Shown here: one piece after another, positions 25,432 through 36,670 of the stretch
Layout: the number at the start of each line of letters is the position of its first letter
How positions within the stretch are numbered: the first letter of the stretch is position 1
Origin: an uncultured Planctomycetales bacterium
GTDB taxonomy: Bacteria; Omnitrophota; Gorgyraeia; Zapsychrales; JAHFFX01
Length of the DNA stretch: 64,000 bases
Reading direction: 5' to 3'
NCBI GenBank assembly: GCA_964612665.1
Contig: CAZTCI010000007.1
Location: 18,981-82,980, forward strand
Position numbers and translations under genes: made by a program
The notes under the pieces: model-generated
The model's database searches: none
What the model saw: the letters and a program-made list of their open reading frames with translations, nothing else
Told to the model about the DNA's origin: nothing

Positions 25432-26598
25432 TTAATGACAGTAAACTTCTAATACATGATCCGCAATCGTATCCCACGAAAAGACCGTCTCGACGGCAAT
25501 GCGACCGTTTCGGCCCATCCAGCGGGCGTAATCAAAATCTTCAAAAGCCGTTCCCAATCCCCAGGCAACCGAATCAGGCTCGGGCGAAATTTTAAGCCCG
25601 GTCACTTCATTCCAGATAATTTCCGACGGACCGCCGATTGAGGTGGCCACAACCGGTTTGCCTGCGCTCCACGCTTCCAGAATAACGATACCAAACGGTT
25701 CATTACGGCTCGGCACGCACACCACATCACAGGCCTTAAAAAGATCCGCCAACCGCCACCCGCTTTTATACCCTAAAAAACGCGTCGCGTGCGCAACACC
25801 CATCGTGCTCGCTTGTTCTTCAACTGACCGGCGCATTTCGCCGTCGCCGGCAAAAACAAATTTCGCGTTATTATAATATTTTAAAATATCTGGAATGGCT
25901 TGAACCAAAATATCCGGACCTTTTTGATAAACCATGCGTCCGACGAATAATACCATCGGATCCATCGGCCCGATATCGTACATCCGTCGGACCGCGCCCG
26001 CATCAATCCAGCCGTTATAATCCTGATAATTAACACCGTTATAAATAACCGCGACCTTGGATTCCGGAACATTGTACATCCATGTCACTTCATTTTTAAG
26101 CGCATGCGAAACCGTGATCACATGATCGACGCAATAAGACCCATGCCGCTCATGATCACGAACCACCGCAGAAGTGCCGCTATAAAAATTATTCCCGCAG
26201 CGTCCGTATTCGGTTGAATGAATTGTCATGACCGCTTTATGGTGACGCACTTCTTTGATCCAAACAACCGCGTTACTGGTTAACCAATCATGCGCATGAA
26301 TAACATCAAACGGTCCGGCTAAATCTTCAACCATAAAAAAAGCTTGAACAAAGTTCCGGCACATATTGTTGACATCTTCGATAAAATCGGCAGAACCTGG
26401 GTATGAACAGCGATGATAATGAACACCAAAGATCACTTCATAGGGAGACTGATGAGGCTTACCGACGCGGGTGAAAAGATGAACTTCATGCCCTTTGCGT
26501 TCAAGGGCGAAGGCCAGCTCAGAGACATGCAGGGCAATGCCGCCAACACTAATGGATTGAGTGGATTCCCAGGCAAAAATAGCAATGCGCATGGACAA
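25432..26598 (-). CDS. glycosyltransferase family 4 (GT-B); possible glucan/glycogen-related synthase
   Basis: Typical GT4 C-terminal EPFGIVILEAWSAGKPVVAT motif. Confidence 0.75.
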   Translation of the reverse strand: MSMRIAIFAWESTQSISVGGIALHVSELAFALERKGHEVHLFTRVGKPHQSPYEVIFGVHYHRCSYPGSADFIEDVNNMCRNFVQAFFMVEDLAGPFDVIHAHDWLTSNAVVWIKEVRHHKAVMTIHSTEYGRCGNNFYSGTSAVVRDHERHGSYCVDHVITVSHALKNEVTWMYNVPESKVAVIYNGVNYQDYNGWIDAGAVRRMYDIGPMDPMVLFVGRMVYQKGPDILVQAIPDILKYYNNAKFVFAGDGEMRRSVEEQASTMGVAHATRFLGYKSGWRLADLFKACDVVCVPSRNEPFGIVILEAWSAGKPVVATSIGGPSEIIWNEVTGLKISPEPDSVAWGLGTAFEDFDYARWMGRNGRIAVETVFSWDTIADHVLEVYCH

Positions 26599-26722
26599 AA
26601 AAGACCTTACACCGAAAGTAAGTTCGGATAAATAATAAAAATAATTTTTTAAAATTAATACACGAAGATGTTATAGGAAAGGTGATTCATTGTCAAACTA
26701 AAATCGAGAAAAAAACGGGGAT

Positions 26723-28684
26723 TTATAGAAAGTATTTTAAGAAGATAACCCCTAACGGCGGAAGGGTTAAAGAAAGTGAAAACTCGCGGCCGTGAGCCTT
26801 GACGCGAACCGTATTTTGCCCTCCCCCGTTGCCTTGATTGCTTCCTCCATAGAGAGCGGCGTCACTGTTTAAGACCTCTTTCCAATAGCCCTCATAAGGA
26901 ACACCAATATGATACTGATGATGAACGGTGGGCGTAAAATTACAGACGACGAGAACCCGGTCTTGAGAGTTATGACCTTTGCGCAGAAAGCTCATAATAC
27001 TCTGCTGCCAATCACTGCCATCAATCCATTCAAAACCTTGCGGCGTGAAATCGTCTTCAAATAAGGCTTTTTCACTGCGATAAAATCGGTTTAGATCTTG
27101 CATCCATTTTTGCAAACCATGATGCGGGGCGTATTGTAAGAGATGCCAATCCAAACTTTGTTCGTGATGCCATTCCTGCCATTGTCCAAATTCATTGCCC
27201 ATAAAATTAAGTTTTTTACCCGGATGGCCGTACATATAACCAAAAAGCAACCGCAAATTGGCAAACTTTTGCCAATCGTCGCCGGGCATTTTGCTAAGAA
27301 GAGAACTTTTCCCATGGACAACTTCATCATGCGACAAGGAAAGCACAAAATTTTCGGTAAACGCGTAAAGCATGCTAAAGGTCAAATCGTTCTGATGATA
27401 CTTGCGGTAGATAGAATCCTTTAAAAAATAAACCAGTGTGTCATGCATCCACCCCATGTTCCATTTCATCCCAAATCCGAGCCCGCCTGAATAAACCGGA
27501 CGCGACACCATTGGCCAGGCCGTCGACTCCTCGGCGATCGTTTGAACATCAGGATAAGAAGAATAAATTGTTTCATTGAGTTTCTGAAGGAAATGCATGG
27601 CTTCAAAATTTTCGCGGCCGCCGTTTTCATTCGGAATCCAATCGCCATTCTTGCGTGAATAATCCAAATAAAGCATGGATGCGACCGCATCAACCCGTAA
27701 TCCATCGACATGATATTTATCCAGCCAAAACAAAGCGCTCGACATTAGAAATGCCGCCACCTCCCGCCGTCCATAATTAAAAATATAGCTTGTCCAATCA
27801 GGATGAAAACCTTGACGTGGATCTTTGTGCTCAAATAAGTGCGTCCCATCGAAATACACCAGCCCGGCTTCATCCGCCGGAAAATGCGACGGCACCCAGT
27901 CCAGAATAACGCCGATATCGTTTTGATGACAACAATCGATGAAGCACATAAGATCCTGTGGAGAACCATAGCGGGCCGTCGGCGAAAAATAACCGACTGT
28001 CTGATAGCCCCACGAACCATAAAACGGATGATCCATGATCGGCATTAATTCCACATGCGTGTAACCCATCTTCTTGACATAATCGACGAGATAATTGGCA
28101 AACTCTCGGTAAGATAAAAAACGGTTTTGTTCTTCACAAACCCGGCGCCAGGAACCCAAGTGAACTTCATAAATGGACCAGGGACTATTTAATTTATTTT
28201 TTTGAGAACGCTTCGTCATCCAGGAATGATCTTGCCATTGGTAATCAAGATTCCAAACAACCGAAGCGGTTTGAGGCGGGACTTCACTAAAGAATCCGAA
28301 TGGATCCTTTTTTTCAACTTGATAATTACTGTGCTTAGAAATAATAAAATATTTGTAACGTTCACCCGGGTTAATGCCAGGAATAAAACCTTCCCAAATT
28401 CCAGATGAATCCCATCGGCAACTTAGCAAATGCGACTGCCTGTTCCACCCGTTAAAATCTCCTATCAGAAAAATGCGTTCAGCGTTAGGTGCCCAGACCG
28501 AAAAATGCGTTCCTGCCTGCCCGTCAACAACCATGGGATGTGCGCCCATCCTTTCATAAAGCCGGGCATGTTCTCCAGCTTTAAAAAGATAGATGTCTTG
28601 TTCAGTTAAGAAACTCTTGCCATAAATAACCGGCGATCCATGCTGTTTTTGGTCGGCAGAATTATTCATCATCAATGACTTCAT
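26723..28684 (-). CDS. glgB: 1,4-alpha-glucan branching enzyme (GH13)
   Basis: GYTHVELMPIMDHP, ILDWVPSHF, GLRVDAVASMLY and MGNEFGQ. Confidence 0.9.
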   Translation of the reverse strand: MKSLMMNNSADQKQHGSPVIYGKSFLTEQDIYLFKAGEHARLYERMGAHPMVVDGQAGTHFSVWAPNAERIFLIGDFNGWNRQSHLLSCRWDSSGIWEGFIPGINPGERYKYFIISKHSNYQVEKKDPFGFFSEVPPQTASVVWNLDYQWQDHSWMTKRSQKNKLNSPWSIYEVHLGSWRRVCEEQNRFLSYREFANYLVDYVKKMGYTHVELMPIMDHPFYGSWGYQTVGYFSPTARYGSPQDLMCFIDCCHQNDIGVILDWVPSHFPADEAGLVYFDGTHLFEHKDPRQGFHPDWTSYIFNYGRREVAAFLMSSALFWLDKYHVDGLRVDAVASMLYLDYSRKNGDWIPNENGGRENFEAMHFLQKLNETIYSSYPDVQTIAEESTAWPMVSRPVYSGGLGFGMKWNMGWMHDTLVYFLKDSIYRKYHQNDLTFSMLYAFTENFVLSLSHDEVVHGKSSLLSKMPGDDWQKFANLRLLFGYMYGHPGKKLNFMGNEFGQWQEWHHEQSLDWHLLQYAPHHGLQKWMQDLNRFYRSEKALFEDDFTPQGFEWIDGSDWQQSIMSFLRKGHNSQDRVLVVCNFTPTVHHQYHIGVPYEGYWKEVLNSDAALYGGSNQGNGGGQNTVRVKAHGREFSLSLTLPPLGVIFLKYFL

Positions 28685-28815
28685 AAAAAAATTAATTATG
28701 TTTATTTTTACTTCTTAGGATTAAGCATCAAGCGCATCGAGAAGAATGTGGAATGTTAATATTAACACAAAGATGTGAATAATTTGACACTATTTAAAAA
28801 AAATCAAAATTTTTT

Positions 28816-29994
28816 TTAGAGGCCAACATCTTTAGAACGCATATCGGTGAGGTCTAATGCATTAGTTGGACGGTAAAGCAGATAACCTTGGACAGCATCA
28901 ACACCCAAGTCGAGGGCAACCTGCAAATCTTCTTTAGTTTCGATTCCTTCAACAATTGAAATAATATTGTTTTCCCGGCAAAAATTAACAACACATTTAA
29001 CGACACTGCGTTTGAATTGGTCTTGATGAATGCTCGAGACCAAGTGATGGTCAATTTTAACAATTTCTGGTTTGATTTCTACAATCGATTCGAAACTCGC
29101 ATAACCGCCCCCTACATCATCCACAGCGAGCCAAAAGCCTCTATCACGAAAACGCTGCACACTTTCATAAAAAATTTTAAAATCAGAAATCTCTGAGCGT
29201 TCAGTAATTTCTAAAATTATATTATTGGTGCTGACACCGCTGTCATCAAAAATATTTTGGATATCCAGAAATTTAGGTCCCTCAATAAAGTAAGGATTAC
29301 AGTTAAGAAAAACTTTCTCGTCCCGCAGAAGCGGGCGTATGGTTCTCAAGGCTTTACGCCAAGCCAGCATTTCCAATTCAGAATATAAGCCAAAACGTAA
29401 AGCAAGATTAAATAAAACTTCCGGATTGGCCAATGGACTCGGCGCCAAAACACGGCTTAACACTTCTAATCCAAATAAACGAAAAGGTTTTAAAAAATAA
29501 ATGGGCTGAAAAAACGATTCGAGCGTTTCTTGTTTGATAATTTTGCGCAACTCACTGACCATAAGGTCTGATCCGTCGAGTGTCTTGGGAACAACTAACG
29601 ACCTACGGCGAATAACGGCATCCATCCGGGCAACGAGCTCTTCTTGATCAAAGGGCTTGGTCAAATAATCATCGGCGCCTAAATATAATCCTTCAACTTT
29701 GTCTTCGTAAAGATAACGGGCGCTTAGGATGATAATTGGAATGTGGTTTGTTTTCTTTTCTTCTTTGAGGCGACGGCAGACTTCAAATCCTTCTAAGTCA
29801 GGCAGGACTAAATCAAGCAGGATCAAATCCAAGTTGTCTGAGGCCGCCATATCTATGGCCTCACTACCCGAGCCCGCAATGATTACCTCATAACCACGTA
29901 TCTGTAAAACCATCGTCAACATTTGAGTAACGGCCAAGTCATCGTCAACGATCAAGACACGTTTTTTACTGGCGACCTTACTGAACATGATCAT
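28816..29994 (-). CDS. response-regulator receiver domain fused to an EAL (c-di-GMP phosphodiesterase) domain
   Basis: REC: VLIVDDD...DLILLDLVLPDLEG...LTKPF. EAL: YFQPIY, EVLSR, DDVGGGYASF, EGIET. Confidence 0.8.
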   Translation of the reverse strand: MIMFSKVASKKRVLIVDDDLAVTQMLTMVLQIRGYEVIIAGSGSEAIDMAASDNLDLILLDLVLPDLEGFEVCRRLKEEKKTNHIPIIILSARYLYEDKVEGLYLGADDYLTKPFDQEELVARMDAVIRRRSLVVPKTLDGSDLMVSELRKIIKQETLESFFQPIYFLKPFRLFGLEVLSRVLAPSPLANPEVLFNLALRFGLYSELEMLAWRKALRTIRPLLRDEKVFLNCNPYFIEGPKFLDIQNIFDDSGVSTNNIILEITERSEISDFKIFYESVQRFRDRGFWLAVDDVGGGYASFESIVEIKPEIVKIDHHLVSSIHQDQFKRSVVKCVVNFCRENNIISIVEGIETKEDLQVALDLGVDAVQGYLLYRPTNALDLTDMRSKDVGL

Positions 29995-30238
29995 AAGGTA
30001 TTCCGGTTTTAGTTTTACTAGAACTGAATTTTTATGACTGGAAAATGTGTGTTGGATTACACTTTAAGTATATAGACTGAGGGTCAGGAAAAAAACTTTT
30101 TATTTCATTAATTCCGTCGAAAAATGTCACTACAGAAAAATGAGCAAGTCTTTAACATTAGATTACTTAAGACAAAAAGCATCTTCTAATTCAGGAAACG
30201 TTTTCTTCTGGCAGGAAAAAACATTCATAAAAATTTAT

Positions 30239-30769
30239 TTACTGACGGATATATTCGGCAAAATAATATGGCAGGTCTTTTTCAAAAAATCGGGGAGATT
30301 CCAAAATTTTTTGCCAATTTTTTAGGGTAGAAAAGAATGTGTCACAGTCAAATTCCCGCAGAATATGCGTGGTGTAAATTTTCTGGCACTGTGCATCGTT
30401 GATAGCTTGGTTAAAGATCTGGGCGCCGCCGATGACAAAAACTTGGCCGAGATTTTTATATTTTTGGGGTAAATCGCTAAGTGCCTGCTCCAAAGAGGTA
30501 GCCTTTAAAACATTACCAGGCAAATAAAGGCCTTCATTCTTGGTTAAAACACAATTGATACGACCAGGCAAAGGGCGAAATCTTTCTGGTAAAGACTCCC
30601 AAGTTTTGCGTCCCATGATGACGGCGTTTATTTGATTAGGCGAAGTGGTTGTCGTTGTGATTTTCTTAAATTGTTTTAAATCCGGTGATAAATGCCAGGG
30701 CAAGCCTCCATTTTTTCCAATACCGCCTTTAGCGTCCATCGCGACAACCAGGCTAAAAGGAAGAGTCAT
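30239..30769 (-). CDS. folA: dihydrofolate reductase
   Basis: VVAMDAKGGIGKNGGLPWHL and VIMGRKTWESLP. Immediately downstream of thyA. Confidence 0.9.
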   Translation of the reverse strand: MTLPFSLVVAMDAKGGIGKNGGLPWHLSPDLKQFKKITTTTTSPNQINAVIMGRKTWESLPERFRPLPGRINCVLTKNEGLYLPGNVLKATSLEQALSDLPQKYKNLGQVFVIGGAQIFNQAINDAQCQKIYTTHILREFDCDTFFSTLKNWQKILESPRFFEKDLPYYFAEYIRQ

Positions 30770-30775
30770 AGCATC

Positions 30776-31591
30776 TCACACGGCAATCGGAAATTTAATA
30801 AAAGCATCATGCACATAGCCGGTTAATTCAATGTCTTCGAATGTCAGATCAAAAAAATTCTTCTGAGCAATTTTAAGGCGGGGTAAAGGTTTTGGACAAC
30901 GGGTCAACTGAGTTTTGAGACCTTCAACGTGGTTAGAATAAATATGAGCATCTCCTAAGGTATGAACAAATATCCCGGGTGTCAAACGGCATTCCATTGC
31001 AACCATACTTAACAAAAGCGCGTAACTGGAAATATTAAATGGAACACCCAGAGCTACGTCCGCTGAACGTTGATAAAGCTGACAATCCAGACGCCCGTCA
31101 ACCACATAAAATTGAAAAAACGCGTGACACGGCGGTAAAGCCATGCGGTCTAAATCTGCAACATTCCAGGCATTCACAATAATCCGTCGTGAATTTGGGT
31201 TCTTTTTGATCATCTCAATAGCGCCGGCAAGCTGATCAATATATTCTTTGCGGTAAGTCTTCTGTTTTTCATCCCAAACAAATTTTTCCCATTTGCGCCA
31301 TTGATAACCGTAAATGGGACCGAGCTCTCCTTTTTCATCAGCCCAAGCGTTCCAAATAGGCGTATATTCTTTTAATCCGTCATTAATGTTTGTAGACCCT
31401 GTAATAAACCATAAAAGCTCACGAACGACCGCTTCGAACAATATTTTTTTCGTTGTCAAAATGGGAAAGCCGTCGCGCAAATCATATTTGGACTGATAAC
31501 CAAAAACCGAAATGGTTCCCGTTCCCGTGCGGTCTTCTTTGACTTGACCATTTTCCAGGATATGCCTCACCAGCTCAAGATACTGCTTCAT
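30776..31591 (-). CDS. thyA: thymidylate synthase
   Basis: EDRTGTGT, the catalytic [11 protein letters not shown], and DAHIYSNH. Confidence 0.95.
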   Translation of the reverse strand: MKQYLELVRHILENGQVKEDRTGTGTISVFGYQSKYDLRDGFPILTTKKILFEAVVRELLWFITGSTNINDGLKEYTPIWNAWADEKGELGPIYGYQWRKWEKFVWDEKQKTYRKEYIDQLAGAIEMIKKNPNSRRIIVNAWNVADLDRMALPPCHAFFQFYVVDGRLDCQLYQRSADVALGVPFNISSYALLLSMVAMECRLTPGIFVHTLGDAHIYSNHVEGLKTQLTRCPKPLPRLKIAQKNFFDLTFEDIELTGYVHDAFIKFPIAV

Positions 31592-31593
31592 AT

Positions 31594-32331
31594 CTAATTC
31601 TTCTTTTCTAGAATAATATCAAACCGCCAATCGATTAAATCCGGCTGACCTTCATAATAAAATGGATTAAAAGAATCACGAAAATAAAAATTAATTCGCT
31701 GGGCTTTAAAAAAATCGGCCAGCGCCTTTTGATAAAAAAGTTTTAAAGGCGGCGGAAAAATATCACCGGAATCCTGTCCAATCGGCTGACGGCTTCTGTA
31801 ATACTTTAAATAGTTTTTTTTGGCGTCGTCATACGCCGAAGATTTGTCTGCCCGCGGCAGCTGGCCAATTAATGCTTTTCCGCCTTTTTTTAAAACCCGC
31901 CAAATTTCCGAAATGGAACGCTGGATATAATTATCGTCGGTAACATTGATAAATACATAATAACAAAGAATTTTATCAAAAGCTTCTTTTTTAAACGGTA
32001 ATCTGCCGGCCTCAGCGCAAAAAAGAGGGATATCATTTAAAGTTTGGCAAGCAAACTTCAGCATCTCTGAAGAAAAATCTAACCCCGCCGATTTTTTAAC
32101 TTTATTTTTTATTTCCTTAAGAATCCAGCCGCCGCCGCAGCCCACCTCTAAAAGCGTGTCGCCCGGCCTCAAATTAAGATTCTCGGAAATGCTTGTCATG
32201 AGAATACCGTTTTTTTGCGCAGACCATTCGATCGCCTCAAACATTTCCCATTTGCTTAAAAGCCATTGTTTGTCGACGTAATTATGGTCGCACCGAGCGG
32301 CCCAGCAGTTGAATATTTCTTTTAATTCCAT
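31594..32331 (-). CDS. class I SAM-dependent methyltransferase
   Basis: [11 protein letters not shown] motif I. Confidence 0.7.
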   Translation of the reverse strand: MELKEIFNCWAARCDHNYVDKQWLLSKWEMFEAIEWSAQKNGILMTSISENLNLRPGDTLLEVGCGGGWILKEIKNKVKKSAGLDFSSEMLKFACQTLNDIPLFCAEAGRLPFKKEAFDKILCYYVFINVTDDNYIQRSISEIWRVLKKGGKALIGQLPRADKSSAYDDAKKNYLKYYRSRQPIGQDSGDIFPPPLKLFYQKALADFFKAQRINFYFRDSFNPFYYEGQPDLIDWRFDIILEKKN

Positions 32332-32332
32332 T

Positions 32333-33409
32333 TTAAGCTAAATAGGGATAAATCATTCGGCTCCCCCATTCTGTCAAACAATCGGGTACCCATGGGTAAG
32401 TAAAAAGCCGGGTCATTAATTTAAGGATGCGCTTTTGGCTAAATTTATAATTGGGCGGAGCAAACCCCAAATGTGTTATATCAAAGCTCTGCGCGCCGGT
32501 ATGATCTTTAAAAAGAATGAGGCCCTTTTGATCATAACCGCTGGATCCTAAATCGATATAATTTAAATTTCTTTCCTTGGCAAATTTTATGCCTTCCCAA
32601 AAAAGGAGATTATTCGGGCGGAACTCTTTGACCGCATCAAGACGAGAAGTGTTAAATTTATAATACAGTGTATCGCCGCAGATCAAATAAATGTTGCCGC
32701 CGATAAAACGGCCCTGGGGATCATAAGCGCCAAACAAAACACCTTTATCCTTTGATATATACTGGTCCCAAATATTTTCAAAGAAACAATACGGCTGGGC
32801 AAAAAGCCGGTATTTATTTTTGCGCAGGGCAAGATGGAGTTTAAAAAAATCCTTAAGTTCTTTCCGGCCACCGCGCCTTACTGTGACACCCTTTTTTTGA
32901 CTTTGTTTAACCGCTGATTTATAAGAATCATGTGTTTTTTTCCAAATGACTTCAAGTGGCGATTGCACATCCAAAAGATGAAACCGTTCTTTACTTAACA
33001 CCTGAAAATACCGGCACGAACGGACTGTTTGGTCGCGTAAATTTCGGACCGCCATACGATACTGCGGATATTCCTGCTTTAATGCCTCGAAAAAAGCGTC
33101 CCAATCCCCGGGCTGATCAATATAACCGTCGCAATAATCACAATATGAACAGACACAAATCTTCCATTCCAAAAAATTCTTAACGACAACATAAATAATG
33201 TAGCTCGCCACTCGGCCTTGACGTTCGATGTATTTGACAAAAATCGGACAATGATAGGTTTGATTAATCACTGAAATCCAATTGAACGAAGAAAAAAGAT
33301 TGCGCTCAAGCCCGGGAAGCGAAAGTTTTTTAACCGCCTCTGGCCATGGCAGTGTTTGCACCGCTGACCTTAAAGCACCTCTTTGTTTTTCTTCTGTTGA
33401 GTGATCCAT
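32333..33409 (-). CDS. FemAB-family / GNAT-fold aminoacyl- or acyl-transferase-like protein
   Basis: The C-terminal YYKFNTSRLDAVKEFRPNNLLFWEGIKFAKERNLNYIDLGSSG...LFKDHTG matches the FemAB (Acetyltransf_6) core. Confidence 0.55.
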   Translation of the reverse strand: MDHSTEEKQRGALRSAVQTLPWPEAVKKLSLPGLERNLFSSFNWISVINQTYHCPIFVKYIERQGRVASYIIYVVVKNFLEWKICVCSYCDYCDGYIDQPGDWDAFFEALKQEYPQYRMAVRNLRDQTVRSCRYFQVLSKERFHLLDVQSPLEVIWKKTHDSYKSAVKQSQKKGVTVRRGGRKELKDFFKLHLALRKNKYRLFAQPYCFFENIWDQYISKDKGVLFGAYDPQGRFIGGNIYLICGDTLYYKFNTSRLDAVKEFRPNNLLFWEGIKFAKERNLNYIDLGSSGYDQKGLILFKDHTGAQSFDITHLGFAPPNYKFSQKRILKLMTRLFTYPWVPDCLTEWGSRMIYPYLA

Positions 33410-34974
33410 TGGCTAATTTCAGTTAAACCTTGTTTGATATCATAGATACGGATTTCTCCCAAATGAGAATCCGAAGAATTCAGAAATTTAATGGACCTTC
33501 TCAAATTTTCATTGTGTTCAAAGACAAAACGCTCGAGCATCACTTGATTCAAATGTTCAAAAACATTAATAGGCTTGACATTAAATTGAAAAAAAGGCAA
33601 ATAATTTTCCAGGTCTTCGGTGAACCGGTTGCCGTCTTTTGTCCACGAGATATACGTTTGCGGGCATAAGATTAAATAACGGAATCCATTAGAATACAAG
33701 GCGAACAAACCGTTGATCTGGTGGGGTGTCTCATATACACTTTTTTTATCTTTGGCATAAAGAAGTTCAATCCAAGGTTGCGTTGATAAGACGCGGGCAT
33801 TCGGATCGCGCTCATTTAAAAATGCCATAGCCGGCCCATAAGCTGAACGACTTTGAACAATTTGAAATGATTTATAAAAAAGTGAACTGATCAGCAACAC
33901 GCTCAAGACAATACTTACTGTCTTTGTTTTTTCAAATAAAGCAACCACCAACGCGGCGACCGCCATCGCCATAAACGGCGTGACAACACATAAATACCGC
34001 GCCCCTTTTTCAGCGGGCAATGAAAACATCAGCATCTGAAAACACACAATAGCAAACGGCACAAGCTTCGGCCACTCTTTCTTCCAAATGAAATAGACGT
34101 TCCCAAAAAATAAAATCCCAAAAATAAAACTTTCCAGCCGAAACAAATAATATGGATACGACAACACATTAATCCAGTCAAACTGATCCCGCGCCAGATC
34201 CGCCTGATGAAACATCCACGAGTATGTGACCAAAGCATTCTCAGCTAAATCTAAATTGCCAATAATAACGATACACGCTAAGAAGGCCAGCGTATGCCAA
34301 ATATATTTACGGATATCCGGCGGCCGTTTTTCACTTAAGCTAAAAACAAATTCGGTGAACGCAACTAAAACCGGTAAAACGATCATCCGATAATTAGTAA
34401 AATAGGCGCCCACGAGCAAAAGACTTCCAACAAAAGTCCGCACGCACAATTTCCGCGGGAATAAATAACAATAAAAACCCGAAATCAAAAAAAGCGTGCT
34501 CAACGCTTCTTGAAAAGCCAGCCGTGAATAAAACACATGACTCGGCAAAACCGCCAACAAAACGGCGCTTAGCAATCCTGCTTTTGTTGAACCAAACAAC
34601 CGCCGGGCAAATAAAAAAGTAACCCCAATTGTCATCACACCGCTCACGGCTGAAACCAAACGCGGGATAAACAAGACATCCATCCATCCTAAAAAAATTC
34701 GGGAATCAAGAAGTAAAAACCACAACGCCTTTCCTGAAGCCATCGAAAAACGAAACCACAATAACAGGGCGAACTGAAAATCTTCTTTGCTGTGAATCCC
34801 ATGATAACGAATAAAGTCGACCAGATTGTGATTGTAATTAAAATAAAGTCCTTCGTCGTATAAAAAGAACTCTGGCTGGGTGATATGCCAAAACCGCATT
34901 AAAATACCGACGAATATACTAGCGACAATACAACCAAATATTATCTTATAGAAACGCGAATCCATGCAAAACAC
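33370..34974 (-). CDS. GT-C fold membrane glycosyltransferase (ArnT/PMT family, GT39/GT83-like), module 1
   Basis: Polytopic protein with DEGLYF and VLPSHVFYSRLAFQEA. It is paralogous to 37419..39206. Confidence 0.7.
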   Translation of the reverse strand: MFCMDSRFYKIIFGCIVASIFVGILMRFWHITQPEFFLYDEGLYFNYNHNLVDFIRYHGIHSKEDFQFALLLWFRFSMASGKALWFLLLDSRIFLGWMDVLFIPRLVSAVSGVMTIGVTFLFARRLFGSTKAGLLSAVLLAVLPSHVFYSRLAFQEALSTLFLISGFYCYLFPRKLCVRTFVGSLLLVGAYFTNYRMIVLPVLVAFTEFVFSLSEKRPPDIRKYIWHTLAFLACIVIIGNLDLAENALVTYSWMFHQADLARDQFDWINVLSYPYYLFRLESFIFGILFFGNVYFIWKKEWPKLVPFAIVCFQMLMFSLPAEKGARYLCVVTPFMAMAVAALVVALFEKTKTVSIVLSVLLISSLFYKSFQIVQSRSAYGPAMAFLNERDPNARVLSTQPWIELLYAKDKKSVYETPHQINGLFALYSNGFRYLILCPQTYISWTKDGNRFTEDLENYLPFFQFNVKPINVFEHLNQVMLERFVFEHNENLRRSIKFLNSSDSHLGEIRIYDIKQGLTEISQWITQQKKNKEVL

Positions 34975-34978
34975 TCTC

Positions 34979-35710
34979 TTACTTTTTAATCCTTAATCCC
35001 AAATAAATAAGCGGCCGTAAAATACTCCACCATCCCGAAAATGGTTTCATCTTTGTGTAACCTTCCGTTTTCGACGGATAAATTTTTGTAACCGGAACTT
35101 CAACCACTTTGAAATTCAATTTAATCGCTTCATAAAAAAGATAAGGTTCCAATTCATATTGATCCAGCCATGTTTGCTCTAAATTGATTCGAGGATCACA
35201 GCATAACGCGGTTTTAACCCCGCGGAAGCCGTTCGTGCTGTCTGTGATCCACCGGCCCGTAATACATGAGAAAAAAAACGGATGTAAAAACCGGGTCGCT
35301 ACTTTACGATAAAAAGGCATCTGGCCGTAACCGCCACCAGGCAGATATCTTGAGCCCTGAACAAAATCAAATCCTTTGTCTAAAGCCTCTTTCAGTTTGT
35401 AAATATCTTCAGGTTTATCTTTATCATTTCCGGAAACAAAAAAAATGTCCGGATAACCATGCTCTTTAGCGTAATCAATAATTTGGCGTGTGCCAAAACC
35501 GGCGCCCATTGTCTTTTCATTGTGGATTATTTTAAGCGACTGGTGTTCCCGGAAATCTTCCAGCGAACCGTCCGTTGAACCATCATCAACAACCAGCACA
35601 TCATAAACCGCGTAATCGTTAAACTTAGCCAGCACGCGCTTAATCTTCTCACCCTCATTAACTGTACAAATCCCGACGAGATATGCACGCATATTTTCGT
35701 TGTCACCCAA
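34979..35710 (-). CDS. GT2 polyprenyl-phosphate sugar synthase (Dpm1/ArnC-like), module 1
   Basis: VLVVDDGSTDGS, and DFVQGSRYL for the D..D/QxxRW-region equivalents. It is paralogous to 39155..39871. Confidence 0.8.
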   Translation of the reverse strand: MGDNENMRAYLVGICTVNEGEKIKRVLAKFNDYAVYDVLVVDDGSTDGSLEDFREHQSLKIIHNEKTMGAGFGTRQIIDYAKEHGYPDIFFVSGNDKDKPEDIYKLKEALDKGFDFVQGSRYLPGGGYGQMPFYRKVATRFLHPFFFSCITGRWITDSTNGFRGVKTALCCDPRINLEQTWLDQYELEPYLFYEAIKLNFKVVEVPVTKIYPSKTEGYTKMKPFSGWWSILRPLIYLGLRIKK

Positions 35711-35722
35711 ATTAACTTGACA

Positions 35723-36670
35723 CTATTTTGAAAAGAAGTGAAAAAGAATATACTCTTTTTCATAATCCGTTAAAAACTGATGGACTGGAAAATAAAAACC
35801 TTTTTGATGATAGTACTGGGTCGACTCAACACCAGCGGCGTTTAAACGCTGTTTGGTCTCCTCGCCTTCAAAATTTTGCGGGACACCAACTATGCAAACG
35901 CCTGGCACAACATACTTGGTGAGCATGAAATACGGCGTTAATCCTTTTCCCAAGACTCTCTTTACAAAGAAATTCCAATTCTCCCGACGGATATTATTCC
36001 AAGTCTTCAAAAAACGCTGGGGATGTCCGATCGTTTGTTTGATTAATTCCCGAATGTCAGCGCCGCAAATCAAATTTGATTTAACAACTTTAGTTTTCTT
36101 TTTAAAAACTAAAATGCCGCCAAGCGGAATCGGATAATATTTAGGCAGGCTATAGATAGCAAAATCACCGAACCTTCCGATAGATTCTCCTTCAATCCGT
36201 GAACCTAAAGCATACGCACAATCTTCGACAATAGGGATCCCTTTTTTCTGATAGATTAAAAATCTTTCCGGCGGACAAGGAAAACCAAACTCATGAATGA
36301 CAAAAATCACACGGGTACGCACACTAAAAGTCTGTGACCAGCCGCAATGTTTTTCAATCGTTTTGGTTACACAACTGCTAATATACGGCCCGTCTGTATT
36401 TTTAACAATCAAGACTTCATCTTCTTTTTTAATTTTAAAATGTTCCAAACATAAAGACAGCGCTGCGCGGCCGCTGTTGCAGTATTCTAAATGTCTGCCG
36501 CCATCGAGCCAGAAACTTGGCTCTTGCGTAATTGAGGAAAGTTTGTGGCTCCTATCCTGAAGGATTTCTTGCCAACGCTGAGGAGTAAATGGTGAAATCC
36601 GCACCAACGGCCGCATGTGCGGCTGGAGCTTAAAAATTCCCGAAGATATATTTTCAAAACTTTGACTCAT
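35723..36670 (-). CDS. DegT/DnrJ/EryC1/StrS-family (ArnB-like) sugar aminotransferase, short form
   Basis: SGRAALSLCLEHFKIKKEDEVLIV, GIPIVEDCAYALGS, GRFGDFAIYSLPKYYPIPLGG and a PLP-Lys context. Confidence 0.65.
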   Translation of the reverse strand: MSQSFENISSGIFKLQPHMRPLVRISPFTPQRWQEILQDRSHKLSSITQEPSFWLDGGRHLEYCNSGRAALSLCLEHFKIKKEDEVLIVKNTDGPYISSCVTKTIEKHCGWSQTFSVRTRVIFVIHEFGFPCPPERFLIYQKKGIPIVEDCAYALGSRIEGESIGRFGDFAIYSLPKYYPIPLGGILVFKKKTKVVKSNLICGADIRELIKQTIGHPQRFLKTWNNIRRENWNFFVKRVLGKGLTPYFMLTKYVVPGVCIVGVPQNFEGEETKQRLNAAGVESTQYYHQKGFYFPVHQFLTDYEKEYILFHFFSK

